From positions 99,398 to 163,397 of the forward strand of contig JBEKWS010000006.1 in assembly GCA_049512815.1 (NCBI GenBank): a DNA stretch of 64,000 bases. Direction: 5' to 3'. Of the stretch, positions 50,920-63,138 are shown piece by piece (positions within the stretch are counted from its first letter, which is position 1; each line of letters begins with the position of its first letter). This stretch comes from Bacteroidales bacterium. Its GTDB lineage: Bacteria; Bacteroidota; Bacteroidia; Bacteroidales; VadinHA17. The translations under genes and the position numbers were made by a program. The notes under the pieces are model-generated. The model was not told the DNA's origin and ran no database searches. It saw only the letters and a list, made by a program, of their open reading frames with translations.

Positions 50920-51570
50920 TTAATAACCAATTGTGAACCTTTCCATGTGGTGAGCCGGTTTCTCAAGCTCATCGATCATAGCCACGGCATAATCCTGTAC
51001 GGATATTCTGCTTTCACCTTTTTCATTTACAATAAGATCATCTTTACCAAGACGAAACTTTCCGGTTCGCAAACCTGGTTCCAACATACCGGCCGGAGAG
51101 AAAAAGACCCAGTCAATACTCTTTTCAGCCATCAGATCATTCAGATAAAACTCAGCCAGGGCTCTTACGGCAGGCACAAAGGATTCAGGCATTACTCCTG
51201 CATCCATCAGCCTCTTTCCCGGTGAAATAAAAAGAGACCCAGCCCCGCCTACAACCAGGAACCGCTTTACTCCCGACTTTCTGACACCTTCAAGTATTAC
51301 CCTGTATACCCTGGTAGTTTCCATAGCAATATCCGGATTCTTCCAGCCCGGATTATATGCACTTATCACAGCATCTATACCTTTACACACTTCGGTAACA
51401 GTATCAATCAACGAAACATCTCCTTGTTTCACAATCAAATTCTTGTGCACTGTGGTTATCTTTTCAGGATGACGAATAGCGGCTTTAACTTCATGGCCTC
51501 GTTTAAGAGCCTCATTCATAATGGCAGAGCCAACAAAGCCGCTTGCGCCAATAAGTACTATCCTTTTCAT
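50920..51570 (-). CDS. NAD(P)H-binding atypical SDR / NmrA-like oxidoreductase
   Basis: 216 aa. The N-terminal Rossmann motif is MKRIVLIGASGFVGSAIMNEALKRGHEV. Confidence 0.75.
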   Translation of the reverse strand: MKRIVLIGASGFVGSAIMNEALKRGHEVKAAIRHPEKITTVHKNLIVKQGDVSLIDTVTEVCKGIDAVISAYNPGWKNPDIAMETTRVYRVILEGVRKSGVKRFLVVGGAGSLFISPGKRLMDAGVMPESFVPAVRALAEFYLNDLMAEKSIDWVFFSPAGMLEPGLRTGKFRLGKDDLIVNEKGESRISVQDYAVAMIDELEKPAHHMERFTIGY

Positions 51571-51613
51571 ATCTCAGAGTGTTTGTTTATCTCTTTAAAA
51601 CAACGCTCTATGT

Positions 51614-52432
51614 TTATTGTTTTGCACTGTCAAAATAATTCTTCATGAAAAGCAACTGGTATTTCACGGCATTTGTCCAGTAGGGCCAGGTGTGAGCACC
51701 GGGGCGTGTAATAAAATCATGTGGAATGTTACGGTACATTAACTGCTGGTGCAGGTTTTCATTTACTTTATAAAAGAAATCATCCGTTCCGCAATCTATA
51801 ATAATGGCTAGTGAATTCGGAGTAAGAAGATTCAACATATTTATCACAGTATTCTTTTCCCACCTCTCAGGTTGTTCTGCATATGTTCCGAGCTGTTTCT
51901 CCATATCCCAGTTGTTTGGGAAAGGCCTGATATCAACTCCTCCGCTCATACTTCCTACAGCTCCGTAAACATCCTGATGCCTTATTGCCAGATAAAGAGC
52001 ACCATGACCACCCATGCTAAGACCGGTGATTGCCCGGCCTGTCCGGTCCTTAATTGTTTTATACTTTGCATCAATTGCTTTTACAAGCTCGTCTGATACA
52101 AATGTCTCATATTGTGATTTCGGGTCAACCGGACTGTTCCAGTACCAGCTCCCGTGACCACCATCAGGACAAACAATAATCAGGTTATACTGATCGGCCG
52201 CTTTCTCAAAACCTTTGGCTTTGTTTATCCAGTCGAGGTGATTTCCACTGTATCCGTGCAATAAATAAATAACTGGCAATTCTTTTGCCGAAGCATAAGT
52301 ATCGGGTGTTACTATTACAGCTTTAATATTTTTCTGCATTGACTTACTGTAAACCTGAACGGTATCAACTACAGCTGCCCGGGTTAATGCAAAAGTCAAA
52401 ATCGTTAATAGAAAAACAAGATTACGTTTCAT
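51614..52432 (-). CDS. Esterase-D-like alpha/beta hydrolase (secreted)
   Basis: 272 aa with a signal peptide. Motifs are YLLHGYSGNHLDW and the nucleophile GLSMGGHGALYLA. Confidence 0.8.
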   Translation of the reverse strand: MKRNLVFLLTILTFALTRAAVVDTVQVYSKSMQKNIKAVIVTPDTYASAKELPVIYLLHGYSGNHLDWINKAKGFEKAADQYNLIIVCPDGGHGSWYWNSPVDPKSQYETFVSDELVKAIDAKYKTIKDRTGRAITGLSMGGHGALYLAIRHQDVYGAVGSMSGGVDIRPFPNNWDMEKQLGTYAEQPERWEKNTVINMLNLLTPNSLAIIIDCGTDDFFYKVNENLHQQLMYRNIPHDFITRPGAHTWPYWTNAVKYQLLFMKNYFDSAKQ

Positions 52433-52591
52433 ATCCTTTCTGTTATAAATAAACCTTAAGTTTTAAATAGCAAGCTATTAACAAATTCAGGTAAATATAA
52501 TAAAACCATTACGTGCCATAAAAGACTGTGAACAAATAATCAAAAACATGAGGCTGATTAAGATAATCATAACCCCAAAAAGTTATTAAAC

Positions 52592-52658
52592 GGTTGCCAC
52601 TTTTGTCCTTTCGGGGTACCAAACGGGAAAAGAGGTCATTTTCGACCTCTTTCTTTTG
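52592..52658 (+). repeat. GGTTGCAAC-box intergenic repeat, copy H
   Basis: GGTTGCCACTTTTGTCCTTTCGGGGTACCAAACGGGAAA, then the hairpin AGAGGTC-ATTTTC-GACCTCT, then TTCTTTTG. About 75 percent identical to copy I over 68 nt. Confidence 0.75.
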
Positions 52659-52870
52659 AACTTCTAAAGACTCCACGTCATAGTTATTAGTTTTGCAGGG
52701 AGTATACATCCCGCAAATCGTGTATCTTTGGATTACTGAAAAAACAAACTTTCTTAATATTAATAATAATATGGTTCAAAAAAACTGTAATTTCAGACAA
52801 CAGAAACATGATAATTTAATATCAGTTTTAAACAAACAATAGCTGCATTATCACAAAACAAGATTGCACC

Positions 52871-54535
52871 ATGAAAATGCTTTCAAGAGTTATGATATTT
52901 TTATCATTATTTGTAATTCCGATATATTCTTATGCTCAAAAAAAAGTTCAAAATGTATCTTCTGGGCAACATCAAATGCCTCACTTAATAAAACAAGGCA
53001 GAACTTATCAATTAATAGTTGACGATAAGCCTTTTATAATTCTTGGTGGAGAACTTGGAAATTCTTCTTTTACAAGTCTGGAATATATGGAGCCAATATG
53101 GCCAAAATTGAGAACCATGAATATGAATACAGTTTTGGCGCCTGTTTATTGGGAATTGATAGAACCTTCAGAAGGCAGGTTTGATTTTGAACTATTTGAC
53201 CAATTGATCAACGAAGCACGAAATAATCATTTAAAAGTCGTTTTATTGTGGTTCGGATCCTGGAAAAACAGTATGTCAAGCCATGCTCCATCATGGGTTA
53301 AAAAAAATCAGGCAAGATTTCCACGAATAAAAGATGACAAGGGAATCAGCCATGAGATACTGACTCCTTTCAGTGGTAATAATTTACAAGCTGATTTAAA
53401 GGCATATCAGGAATTAATGGAACATATTAAAAAGACTGATGGGAATAACCATACAATAATAATGATTCAAACTGAAAATGAAATTGGGATGTTGTCTGCA
53501 GCCAGGGATCATAGCCTGCTGGCAAATGAAAGATTTCAGGAAAATGTACCTACAGAATTAATGCAGTATCTGGAAAATAATAAAGAAAACCTGGTGCCTG
53601 AATTCAAAGAAATATGGGGAAAAAACGGATTTAAAAATTCAGGGCCATGGGAAGAGGTTTTTGGTAAAGGTCCGCAGACAGATGAAATTTTTATGGCCTG
53701 GTATTATTCAAAATTTACAAATTCAATTGTCGAGGCCGGAAAGGGAGTATATCCTTTGCCAATGTATGTAAATGCAGCATTAAATTTTCCCGGAAGCAAA
53801 CCAGGAATGAATTACCCGAGTGGTGGTCCTCTCCCCCATCTGATGGATATTTGGAAAGCAGGCGGACCATCAATCGATTTTTTATCGCCTGACTTTTATT
53901 TTCCGGATCTTAAGCACTGGTGCGATCTTTACACCCGTCGGGGGAATCCATTATTTATTCCGGAACATCGTTTTGATAATACGGTGGCAGCTAAAGCTGC
54001 CTATACTTTTGGACACTATGAAAGTATCGGTTTCGCGCCATTTTCTGTTGAATCGTCAGGTAATCCGGAAAATGAACCTCTAGGGAAAATGTATAATGTA
54101 ATAAATCAACTGACTCCCATAATTACAGCTCATCAAGGAGAGGACAAAATAGAAGGAGTTCTTTTTGACAAACAAAATCAGGTAAGTGTTTTTCAGCTGG
54201 GAAATTATGAATTCACAGTACGGCATAGTTATACTTTGGGATACGAAAATAACTCGAGAAATGACACCTGGGATATGGCAGGTGCTATCTTTGTTCAAAC
54301 CGGCGATGACGAATTTTATGTTGCTGGTTCCGGAATAGTGGCAACATTTAAAAATTTAAGCAACCCATCATTAAATGTAGGGATATTAAAAGTTGATGAA
54401 GGAAGATTTGAAAACGGGAAAGAGTGGAAAGTAATAAGACATTTGAATGGTGACCAGATACACCAAGGAAGACATATACGAATCTTTTTGGATAGTTATT
54501 CAATTTTAAGATTTGAACTGTATAATTATGACTGA
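52871..54535 (+). CDS. GH35-like glycoside hydrolase (GH35 catalytic domain plus DUF5597-type C-terminus)
   Basis: 554 aa with a signal peptide. Motifs are VLAPVYWELIEPSEGRFDFELFDQLINEARNNHLKVVLLWFGSWKN and IMIQTENEIG. The family assignment is from memory. Confidence 0.6.
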   Translation: MKMLSRVMIFLSLFVIPIYSYAQKKVQNVSSGQHQMPHLIKQGRTYQLIVDDKPFIILGGELGNSSFTSLEYMEPIWPKLRTMNMNTVLAPVYWELIEPSEGRFDFELFDQLINEARNNHLKVVLLWFGSWKNSMSSHAPSWVKKNQARFPRIKDDKGISHEILTPFSGNNLQADLKAYQELMEHIKKTDGNNHTIIMIQTENEIGMLSAARDHSLLANERFQENVPTELMQYLENNKENLVPEFKEIWGKNGFKNSGPWEEVFGKGPQTDEIFMAWYYSKFTNSIVEAGKGVYPLPMYVNAALNFPGSKPGMNYPSGGPLPHLMDIWKAGGPSIDFLSPDFYFPDLKHWCDLYTRRGNPLFIPEHRFDNTVAAKAAYTFGHYESIGFAPFSVESSGNPENEPLGKMYNVINQLTPIITAHQGEDKIEGVLFDKQNQVSVFQLGNYEFTVRHSYTLGYENNSRNDTWDMAGAIFVQTGDDEFYVAGSGIVATFKNLSNPSLNVGILKVDEGRFENGKEWKVIRHLNGDQIHQGRHIRIFLDSYSILRFELYNYD

Positions 54536-54536
54536 A

Positions 54537-56513
54537 ATGAAGAAGCCGATCAACCAATTTTTTATAACCAGCCTGCTACTTTTCTTACTACCTGTATTTG
54601 TACAGGCAAATGTCAAGCTTCCTGTACTAGTAAGCAATGGAATGGTCCTGCAGAGAGATACTAAAGTAATAATCTGGGGATGGGCATCTCCCGGAGAGAA
54701 GGTGCAGGTTAAATTCAATAAAAGAATATTCAAGACAGTGACCGATCCTGAAGGAAACTGGATTATCAATTTACTACCCATGAAAGCAGGCGGACCATAT
54801 ACTATGGAGGTAATTGGCAACAATTCGATCATGATAAATGACATTTTATTCGGTGATGTCTGGTTCTGTTCTGGTCAGTCAAACATGGTTCTGAATATGG
54901 AAAGGGTAAGGGAAAAATATCCCAATGATATAGCTGCTGCGAATTTTCCGGAAATAAGGAATTTCTTCATCCCTACTGCATCAGATATTATTTACGTCCA
55001 CAAGGATCTGCCTGGTGGAAAATGGATATCAGCATCTCCCGAGAACGTTCTGACCTTCGGTGCTGCCACATTTTTCTTTGCCCGCAGCATATACCAGGAA
55101 TATAAGGTTCCCATTGGGATCATAAATTCAAGCGTCGGTGGCACTCCGATTGAAGCATGGATAAGTGAGGAAGGATTTAAAGAGTTTCCTCAGCAAATAA
55201 CAAGGATTAAAAAGCTTAAGGATACGGCTTATCTGAATCCAGTACTCAGGTCTGCAAGAAGGAGACCTGAAACAAATGAGGGCTCTGCAGTTAATTCAAG
55301 GTCAATGGATAAGGGTATAAGTGGCCCAAAACCATGGTACGACATTACCTACTTGCCGGAAGGCTGGCATAAATACTGGCTTCCCGGATATTGGGAGGAC
55401 CAGGGGATAAAAGGTCTGGATGGGGCCGTCTGGTTCAGAAAAGAGATCAATGTACCCGCATCAATGACCAATAAACCTGCAAAATTATTTCTCGGAAGAA
55501 TAGTAGATGCAGATAATGTATATTTAAACGGAGTTCTTTCAGGATCTATAACATATCAGTATCCTCCAAGGAGATATAATCTGCCATCGGGATTATTAAA
55601 GCCCGGAAAAAATATAATTGTGATCAGAGTGACAAACAATACAGGGAAAGGAGGATTTGTACCCGACAAACCTTATTGGCTTGTTGCAGGTAATGACAGC
55701 ATTGACCTTAGAGGCGAATGGTTATATAAGGTGGGACAGGTATTCAGACCCACTTCTTTTGAACCTGGTACAGGTTCTCAGTCTATCTCAATGCAGAATG
55801 AACCAACAGGACTCTATAATACAATGGTTGCTCCTTTGATAAACTACCGGATAAAAGGTATTTTATGGTATCAGGGGGAAACAAATACAAACAAGCCTCA
55901 GGAATATCAAAAACTGCTTCCTACTCTTATAAATGACTGGAGAATAAAATGGCAAGAGGGACCTATTCCATTTCTTTTCGTGCAATTGCCAAACTTTATG
56001 GAAGTTCAGTATTTGCCTTCTGAAAGTCAATGGGCCGAATTAAGATTCGGACAGCTTAAATCGTTATCTGTCTTAAATACAGCGATGGCAGTTACAATTG
56101 ATCTGGGTGAATGGAACGATATACATCCTCTTGAAAAGAAAGTTGTCGGTGAAAGACTGGCCCTGGCCGCTGGAAAACTGGCTTATGGAAATGACAAAAT
56201 CGTCTATTCCGGACCTGTTTATAAATCATCCGTTAAAGAAGCGAACGGTATTAGAATCGAATTTGACCACATTGGCAGTGGTCTGGTAGTAAAAGGAGGT
56301 GGTGACTTAGATCAATTTTCAATTGCCGGAGCAGATAGAAAGTTTGTCTGGGCTGAAGCCAGAATTGTAGACAACCATGTTATTGTACAGAGTGATGAAA
56401 TAAAAGACCCGGTATACGTGAGATATGCCTGGGCTGATAATCCGGAAGGTGCTAATTTGTATAATATTGAAGGATTACCCGCTTCACCCTTTGAAGCAAA
56501 TCTGAACAAATAG
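54537..56513 (+). CDS. SASA-family (sialate 9-O-acetylesterase-like) carbohydrate acetylesterase
   Basis: GDVWFCSGQSNM is the nucleophile motif. The ORF opens at 54513; the likely start is 54528 or 54537 (MKKPINQFFITSLLLFLLPVFVQA). Confidence 0.8.
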   Translation: MKKPINQFFITSLLLFLLPVFVQANVKLPVLVSNGMVLQRDTKVIIWGWASPGEKVQVKFNKRIFKTVTDPEGNWIINLLPMKAGGPYTMEVIGNNSIMINDILFGDVWFCSGQSNMVLNMERVREKYPNDIAAANFPEIRNFFIPTASDIIYVHKDLPGGKWISASPENVLTFGAATFFFARSIYQEYKVPIGIINSSVGGTPIEAWISEEGFKEFPQQITRIKKLKDTAYLNPVLRSARRRPETNEGSAVNSRSMDKGISGPKPWYDITYLPEGWHKYWLPGYWEDQGIKGLDGAVWFRKEINVPASMTNKPAKLFLGRIVDADNVYLNGVLSGSITYQYPPRRYNLPSGLLKPGKNIIVIRVTNNTGKGGFVPDKPYWLVAGNDSIDLRGEWLYKVGQVFRPTSFEPGTGSQSISMQNEPTGLYNTMVAPLINYRIKGILWYQGETNTNKPQEYQKLLPTLINDWRIKWQEGPIPFLFVQLPNFMEVQYLPSESQWAELRFGQLKSLSVLNTAMAVTIDLGEWNDIHPLEKKVVGERLALAAGKLAYGNDKIVYSGPVYKSSVKEANGIRIEFDHIGSGLVVKGGGDLDQFSIAGADRKFVWAEARIVDNHVIVQSDEIKDPVYVRYAWADNPEGANLYNIEGLPASPFEANLNK

Positions 56514-56541
56514 AATAATAAATCAATTATTAAAAAATCCC

Positions 56542-58098
56542 ATGAAAAGAACACTATTATTATTATTGATTTTAATTTGCTCACGGATTGTTGCCCAGAA
56601 TCCGATTAGTTCTTCAGGCCAATACCCTCCTCCTGTTAAGTTCACTGCCGAGCAGGACCACCAGAATATGATGGATCAGCTTGGGATAAAAAGCCTTCGC
56701 CCTGGACCAAGTGGTAACGAGTCAGCACCTAACCATGCCAATTATGATGAGTCTTTGGCAACACCGTATCCCGATCTGCCTGATTTATTGACATTGAAGA
56801 ATGGAAAGAAAGTGACGACACCTGAAATCTGGTGGAAACAACGTCGTCCGGAGATTGTGGAAGATATGGAGAAAGAAATTTATGGCCGCCTGCCAAAAAA
56901 GATTCCTGCCGTTAAATGGACTGTAGATATTTCGGAGAGAGAATATGTTGGTTTCACGCCTGTAATTGCTAAGAAGCTTACCGGGCATATTGATAATTCA
57001 GAATATCCTCTTATTGACGTCAATATTTCGATGGTGCTTGTTACACCGGCCAATGCAACTGGTCCTGTTCCTGTTCTTATGATGTTCGGGATGGCAAATC
57101 TGCCTGCTCCGGCCCAACCTAACCAGGATAAAATGGAAGTACTTAACAAAGCTTTCAGGAAACTTCTTTCGGATAAAGATCCTGCCATAAAAGCAATATT
57201 CGACAAATACCTGGCATTTAATCCTATAGCCAGTGCAACACCTTCTTTCTTCGATATGATGGGCGGTAATACAAATGTTGATCCTCCTTCAACACAGCAG
57301 CTTATTACGGCAGGCTGGGGATATGCTATGATAGATCCCTCAAGTATACAGGCAGACAATGGAGCCGGTTTAACAAAAGGTATTATTGGACTTGTGAATA
57401 AGGGACAGCCCCGTAAACCCGATGACTGGGGTTCGCTTAGGGCGTGGGCATGGGGTGCTGCACGAGGACTTGATTATCTTGAAACCGACACTGCCATCAA
57501 TGCAAAGCATGTTGGTATTGAGGGAGTATCACGTTATGGTAAAGCTGCACTTGTCACACTTGCTTTTGAAAACCGTTTTGCTTTGGCATTGGTTGGTTCA
57601 TCAGGAAAAGGGGGAGCTGCTCTTCATCGGCGAAACTTCGGTGAAGCTGTAGAGAGCCTCACAGGAACAGGTGAATATCACTGGATGGCAGGGAATTATT
57701 TGAAATATGGAGCTGCTGAATCAACTTCCGGAGCTGGAAATGCCGGTCAAATGCATGTTGATTCTCATAGTCTAATTGCAATGTGTTCACCAAGGTTTAC
57801 TTTCATCAGCTATGGAATACCTGAAAAGGGCGATGCAAAATGGCTTGACCAGAAAGGAAGCTACATGGCTACTGTTGCTGCAGGAGCAGTATTTAAGCTG
57901 CTGGGTGTAAAAGATATAGGTGTTTCGAATGATTATAAAACAGAAGTAATGCCTCCCGTAAATACTGGCCTTCTCGATGGAGAACTTGCCTGGCGTCAGC
58001 ACGACGGAGGGCACACTGATGCGCCGAATATGAAATATTTCATTGAATGGGCTAATAAAAAAATCAATTACTATCCTGTAATGCAGGGAAGAAGATAG
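56542..58098 (+). CDS. CE15 glucuronoyl esterase
   Basis: 518 aa with a signal peptide. The nucleophile motif is GVSRYGKAALVTLAF. It is the second CE15 in the window. Confidence 0.75.
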   Translation: MKRTLLLLLILICSRIVAQNPISSSGQYPPPVKFTAEQDHQNMMDQLGIKSLRPGPSGNESAPNHANYDESLATPYPDLPDLLTLKNGKKVTTPEIWWKQRRPEIVEDMEKEIYGRLPKKIPAVKWTVDISEREYVGFTPVIAKKLTGHIDNSEYPLIDVNISMVLVTPANATGPVPVLMMFGMANLPAPAQPNQDKMEVLNKAFRKLLSDKDPAIKAIFDKYLAFNPIASATPSFFDMMGGNTNVDPPSTQQLITAGWGYAMIDPSSIQADNGAGLTKGIIGLVNKGQPRKPDDWGSLRAWAWGAARGLDYLETDTAINAKHVGIEGVSRYGKAALVTLAFENRFALALVGSSGKGGAALHRRNFGEAVESLTGTGEYHWMAGNYLKYGAAESTSGAGNAGQMHVDSHSLIAMCSPRFTFISYGIPEKGDAKWLDQKGSYMATVAAGAVFKLLGVKDIGVSNDYKTEVMPPVNTGLLDGELAWRQHDGGHTDAPNMKYFIEWANKKINYYPVMQGRR

Positions 58099-58274
58099 AC
58101 ATTAGCACTCCACTAAATACTTTTAAAAAGATAATTTACCTTATCAGTCTGGTAGTATATTCAGGCTATTTTGCATCAACCTTGCAATTATCGATTACTT
58201 TTGTGTTTCAAACATGTTCCCGGACTGTGAGGTGAAATAATAAAATGTATTATATTATTAATTTAACTTAATAA

Positions 58275-59516
<1,242 letters not shown>

Positions 59517-59564
59517 TTTCCTTTATGTTTCTTGTAAGGAAATCCCTGAATTACTTGATTAGTA

Positions 59565-60566
59565 ATGAAATACAAAGAATTAGCAAAAACCGGTGAAAAA
59601 GTATCAGTTGTAGGTTTAGGTTGCATGGGAATGAGTGCAGCTTATGGCAAAGCAGATGACACAGAAAGTGTTGCAACATTAGAATATGCTTTAGATCTTG
59701 GAATTAACTTCTGGGACACTGCTGATATCTATGGAAATGGAGCAAATGAAGAGCTGATTTCCAAAGTGCTGGTTCCAAATCGTAATAAAATCTTTATTGC
59801 AACAAAGTTTGGATTCCGTGTAAGAGGAGGTGAGGGAGACGCTTTTGTAGGTGGAGAAACTTATGTTGACGCTTCACCGAAGTGGATGAAACAAGCCGTT
59901 GAGAACAGTCTGAAAAGATTGAAAACAGACAGAATTGATCTTTATTATGCCCACCGTATAGATCCCAATGTCCCGGTTGAAGAAACTGTCGGAGCAATGG
60001 CTGAACTGGTAAAAGCAGGAAAAGTTCGTTACCTCGGTCTGAGTGAGTGTACTCCTGAAGATTTAAAAAAAGCATATGCTGTTCATCCGATAACGTCATT
60101 GCAAAGTGAATACTCTTTACTTACCAGAGGTGTGGAAGAGGCAATTTTACCATTAACCAGAGAGTTAGGAATGACCTTTGTGCCATTTGCTCCATTAAGT
60201 CGTGGATTGATTACCAATAAATTAGACGTAAGCTCTCTTGCTTCTAACGATTTTCGAAAGAATCTGCCCAGATATCAAGGAGAATTTTTAGAGAATAATC
60301 AGAAACTGGCAGCTGCATTTGCTGAATTAGCTGAAAGTAAAAACTGTTCACCGGCCCAGTTAGCAATTGCATGGGTAATAGCACATGGCGACAATATTAT
60401 TCCAATTCCAGGAACAAAACGCAGAAAATATCTGGAAGAAAATGCAGGAGCACCTGATGTAGAGTTGACAGTAAAAGAACTGGAAGGTATTGATGCAATT
60501 GTTAAGAAATATCCTAACATCGGATCACGTTATAGTGCACGTGAAAATAAATTTGTTAAAAAATAA
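59565..60566 (+). CDS. Aldo/keto reductase
   Basis: 333 aa. Motifs are [21 protein letters not shown] and [10 protein letters not shown]. Confidence 0.9.
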   Translation: MKYKELAKTGEKVSVVGLGCMGMSAAYGKADDTESVATLEYALDLGINFWDTADIYGNGANEELISKVLVPNRNKIFIATKFGFRVRGGEGDAFVGGETYVDASPKWMKQAVENSLKRLKTDRIDLYYAHRIDPNVPVEETVGAMAELVKAGKVRYLGLSECTPEDLKKAYAVHPITSLQSEYSLLTRGVEEAILPLTRELGMTFVPFAPLSRGLITNKLDVSSLASNDFRKNLPRYQGEFLENNQKLAAAFAELAESKNCSPAQLAIAWVIAHGDNIIPIPGTKRRKYLEENAGAPDVELTVKELEGIDAIVKKYPNIGSRYSARENKFVKK

Positions 60567-60620
60567 TATCACTGGAAATCTCATATAAATTCTAATACAG
60601 ACCACTAAATCCGATTTATT

Positions 60621-61874
60621 ATGAAATCAACAACCCTATCAATCATTCTCTTAACATTGCTTTATGGTTCTATTGAAGCGCAAAAAATTAATGAATGGCG
60701 GCCGGAAAACCGAACAGGGGTATCTGCTGAAACAGGACTATTGAAGTCATGGCCTGCCGCCGGACCAACCCTGCTATGGGCCAACCTCGATCTCGCTAAA
60801 GGTTTCTCATCGCCTTCGTTCGGGACCAATACCATTTATATAACAGGAAACAAAGGCAGCATAGGCGCCGAAGATATACTGTTTGCCTTGAATATGAATG
60901 GAAAGATTCTGTGGCAAACTGCAATAGGCCGTGCATGGACGGGATCTAATCCTGAAAGCAGGGCTACTCCCACTGTTGAAGGTAATAGAGTTTATACTTG
61001 TAGTGGATTTGGTGATCTTGCATGCATTGACGGAACCACCGGAAAAATAATCTGGTCGTATAAGGCAAGTGAACTGAACAAAGGAACCTATGGGAGTTGG
61101 GGTATTGCAGAATCGCTTCTAATCGATGGAAATAAGATATATTTTTCACCTGGCGGACCTGAGACAACGACCATAGCCCTCAATAAAGCAACCGGAGATG
61201 TCATCTGGAAATCTGCAAGTCTCAATGATAAGCCAGGCTATGTTTCGCCAATACTCATCAACTACGCGGGGGAAAAAATGGTTGTAAATGTATCATTAGG
61301 CCATGTTTTTGGAGTTGATGCTTCAAATGGTGAAATTCTCTGGAAGGTCGCTCATTTGGCAAGTCCCGGGGGAAGCGATCTTATCAAATGCGTCACACCA
61401 TTATTCCATGATGGCAGGGTTTATGTAACCGGAGGTTATGATATAGGCGGAATGATGATCGGGATAGCTAAAGATGGAAAGAGCGCAAGTGTAGCCTGGA
61501 CCGATAAAGTATTGGATGTTCACCATGGAGGTGTAGTTCTTGTAAACGGATATATTTATGGCTCAAACTGGCTGAATAATGGTGATGGCAACTGGTGCTG
61601 CATCGACTGGAATACCGGGAAAAAAATGTGGGAAGAACATTGGAACTGTAAGGGATCCATCATATCAGCCGAAGGTATGCTTTTTATATATGAAGAAAAG
61701 AATGGAAATGTGGGACTTTTAAAGGCTAATCCTGAAAAATTCGATCTCGTCAGCAGTTTTAAAGTTACCCAGGGCAACACAGGACCATTTTGGGCACACC
61801 CCGTAATCCACAATGGAATTCTTTACCTAAGGCACACCAATGCTTTGATGGCTTACAATATTAAAGCAAAATAA
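60621..61874 (+). CDS. PQQ-like beta-propeller repeat protein (secreted)
   Basis: 417 aa with a signal peptide. It has repeated G.I.W-type blades (GKILWQ, GKIIWSY, GDVIWK, GEILWK). Confidence 0.7.
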   Translation: MKSTTLSIILLTLLYGSIEAQKINEWRPENRTGVSAETGLLKSWPAAGPTLLWANLDLAKGFSSPSFGTNTIYITGNKGSIGAEDILFALNMNGKILWQTAIGRAWTGSNPESRATPTVEGNRVYTCSGFGDLACIDGTTGKIIWSYKASELNKGTYGSWGIAESLLIDGNKIYFSPGGPETTTIALNKATGDVIWKSASLNDKPGYVSPILINYAGEKMVVNVSLGHVFGVDASNGEILWKVAHLASPGGSDLIKCVTPLFHDGRVYVTGGYDIGGMMIGIAKDGKSASVAWTDKVLDVHHGGVVLVNGYIYGSNWLNNGDGNWCCIDWNTGKKMWEEHWNCKGSIISAEGMLFIYEEKNGNVGLLKANPEKFDLVSSFKVTQGNTGPFWAHPVIHNGILYLRHTNALMAYNIKAK

Positions 61875-61904
61875 CCTGTCTTAATTCTGAACTTAATCCG
61901 GCAA

Positions 61905-62022
61905 CCAATGGGTAAAACTGGGTTCGGGCCAGTACTAGGCACATCCTGTTATTCATAATGGCTTTCTTTATATCAGACACGGGAAAGCGATTATGGTGTA
62001 TGATATAATGGCAAAATCATAA
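61905..62022 (+). pseudogene. 3'-terminal relic of a second PQQ-like propeller gene
   Basis: 61939..62022 translates to AHPVIHNGFLYIRHGKAIMVYDIMAKS*. This matches the C-terminus of 60621..61874 (AHPVIHNGILYLRHTNALMAYNIKAK). A stop and a frame change lie immediately upstream. Confidence 0.55.
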
Positions 62023-62081
62023 TATAGAATCCCCTCCTTTCTGCAAAAGGGGAATTTGATTTAGAAAAAGGTTGGATATCC

Positions 62082-62148
62082 GGTTGCAGCTTTTTAAACG
62101 TTCGGAGTCCAGACAGGACAAGAGGTCATTTTCGGCCTCTTTTTTTTC
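62082..62148 (+). repeat. GGTTGCAAC-box intergenic repeat, copy I
   Basis: GGTTGCAGCTTTTTAAACGTTCGGAGTCCAGACAGGAC, then the hairpin AGAGGTC-ATTTTC-GGCCTCT, then T8. Confidence 0.75.
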
Positions 62149-62202
62149 TCTCAAAACATCACTGGTATTTAGGACGACTTGTTTGGGTAAAGTGAATGGA
62201 GT

Positions 62203-62220
62203 GGTTGCAACTCTCCCCTT
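62203..62220 (+). repeat. GGTTGCAAC-box intergenic repeat, copy J (first box only)
   Basis: GGTTGCAACTCTCCCC. Confidence 0.4.
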
Positions 62221-62323
62221 CTCCTAAAAGAGTCTTTCGAATAAGAGACAACCAGGGATATTCTTCCTGAACTATTTTTTATTCAAAGTGTTAATAAGGA
62301 AAGAACACTTTAATTCTGTAGCC

Positions 62324-62791
62324 ATGAAAAAAGTAATATCACTTTCCGTTGTACTATTTTTCTTAATATCAGTGTTTCACGTACATGGACAAAGCCAGTC
62401 CGATTGTGAGAAGAAGCTCCGACAACAGGAGTCAAACAAAAAAATGGTAGTTGAATTTTACCAGGAACTCTTTGGAAATAAAAATCCTAATGCCATCAAT
62501 AAGTACATTGGTGATAAATACATTCAGCATAACCCTTCCTTGCCTGATGGTAAAGAGGCTTTGCTTCAGGCAGTAAAAGTCTGGTTTAAGGATGCACCTA
62601 AAGAAAAAGTGGATTTTCAACATGTTGCAGCTGATGGGGATCTGGTATATCTGCATATCAGAAGTAAATCCGGTCCGAAAGTAAGGGCAATTGTGGATAT
62701 CTTCAGAATCGAGAACGGCAAGATTGTGGAACATTGGGATGTTATTCAGGAAGTTCCGGAGCATTCAGCCAATGATCATCCAATGTTTTAG
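62324..62791 (+). CDS. SnoaL-like / NTF2-fold protein (secreted)
   Basis: The signal peptide is MKKVISLSVVLFFLISVFHVHG. KYIQHNP...DGDLVYLH...VDIFRIENGKIVEHWDV is typical of the fold. The ORF-track start at 62288 is a GTG; the ATG at 62324 is preferred. Confidence 0.6.
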   Translation: MKKVISLSVVLFFLISVFHVHGQSQSDCEKKLRQQESNKKMVVEFYQELFGNKNPNAINKYIGDKYIQHNPSLPDGKEALLQAVKVWFKDAPKEKVDFQHVAADGDLVYLHIRSKSGPKVRAIVDIFRIENGKIVEHWDVIQEVPEHSANDHPMF

Positions 62792-62938
62792 GAATAAATA
62801 TCATAACAATTACCACGGAATTCTAAGAACATGGCTCACCAATAATGACATCATAGTTAAATGGATAAGATGATGTTCCTAAGTGTCAGGTTCAGATTTT
62901 ATTACAGTTGATAATAAAATATGCAACAGGTGATTAGT

Positions 62939-62960
62939 GGATTGCAACTTTCATGGGTAG
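62939..62960 (+). repeat. GGTTGCAAC-box intergenic repeat, copy K (first box, one mismatch)
   Basis: GGATTGCAACTTTCATGGG. Confidence 0.35.
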
Positions 62961-63138
62961 AGTGAAGGGAAAGGGAAGGACACTTCTTATATTTAGTTCA
63001 CCCTTAATTTTTCTTTAATGCTAAAATAACCTGTTCTTAATCCTTAAAAAAATAGGATAACTTGCAATAGGACTTCCGCTTTGTTGCTAATGGTCCTGAA
63101 CAATCAATGTACTTAAAAGAAAGAAGGAGGGTATCATT

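Noticed and set aside
52509-52709. 66-aa minus-strand ORF
   Set aside because: It is antisense across repeat copy H and its hairpin, in a divergent promoter region, and has no recognisable features.
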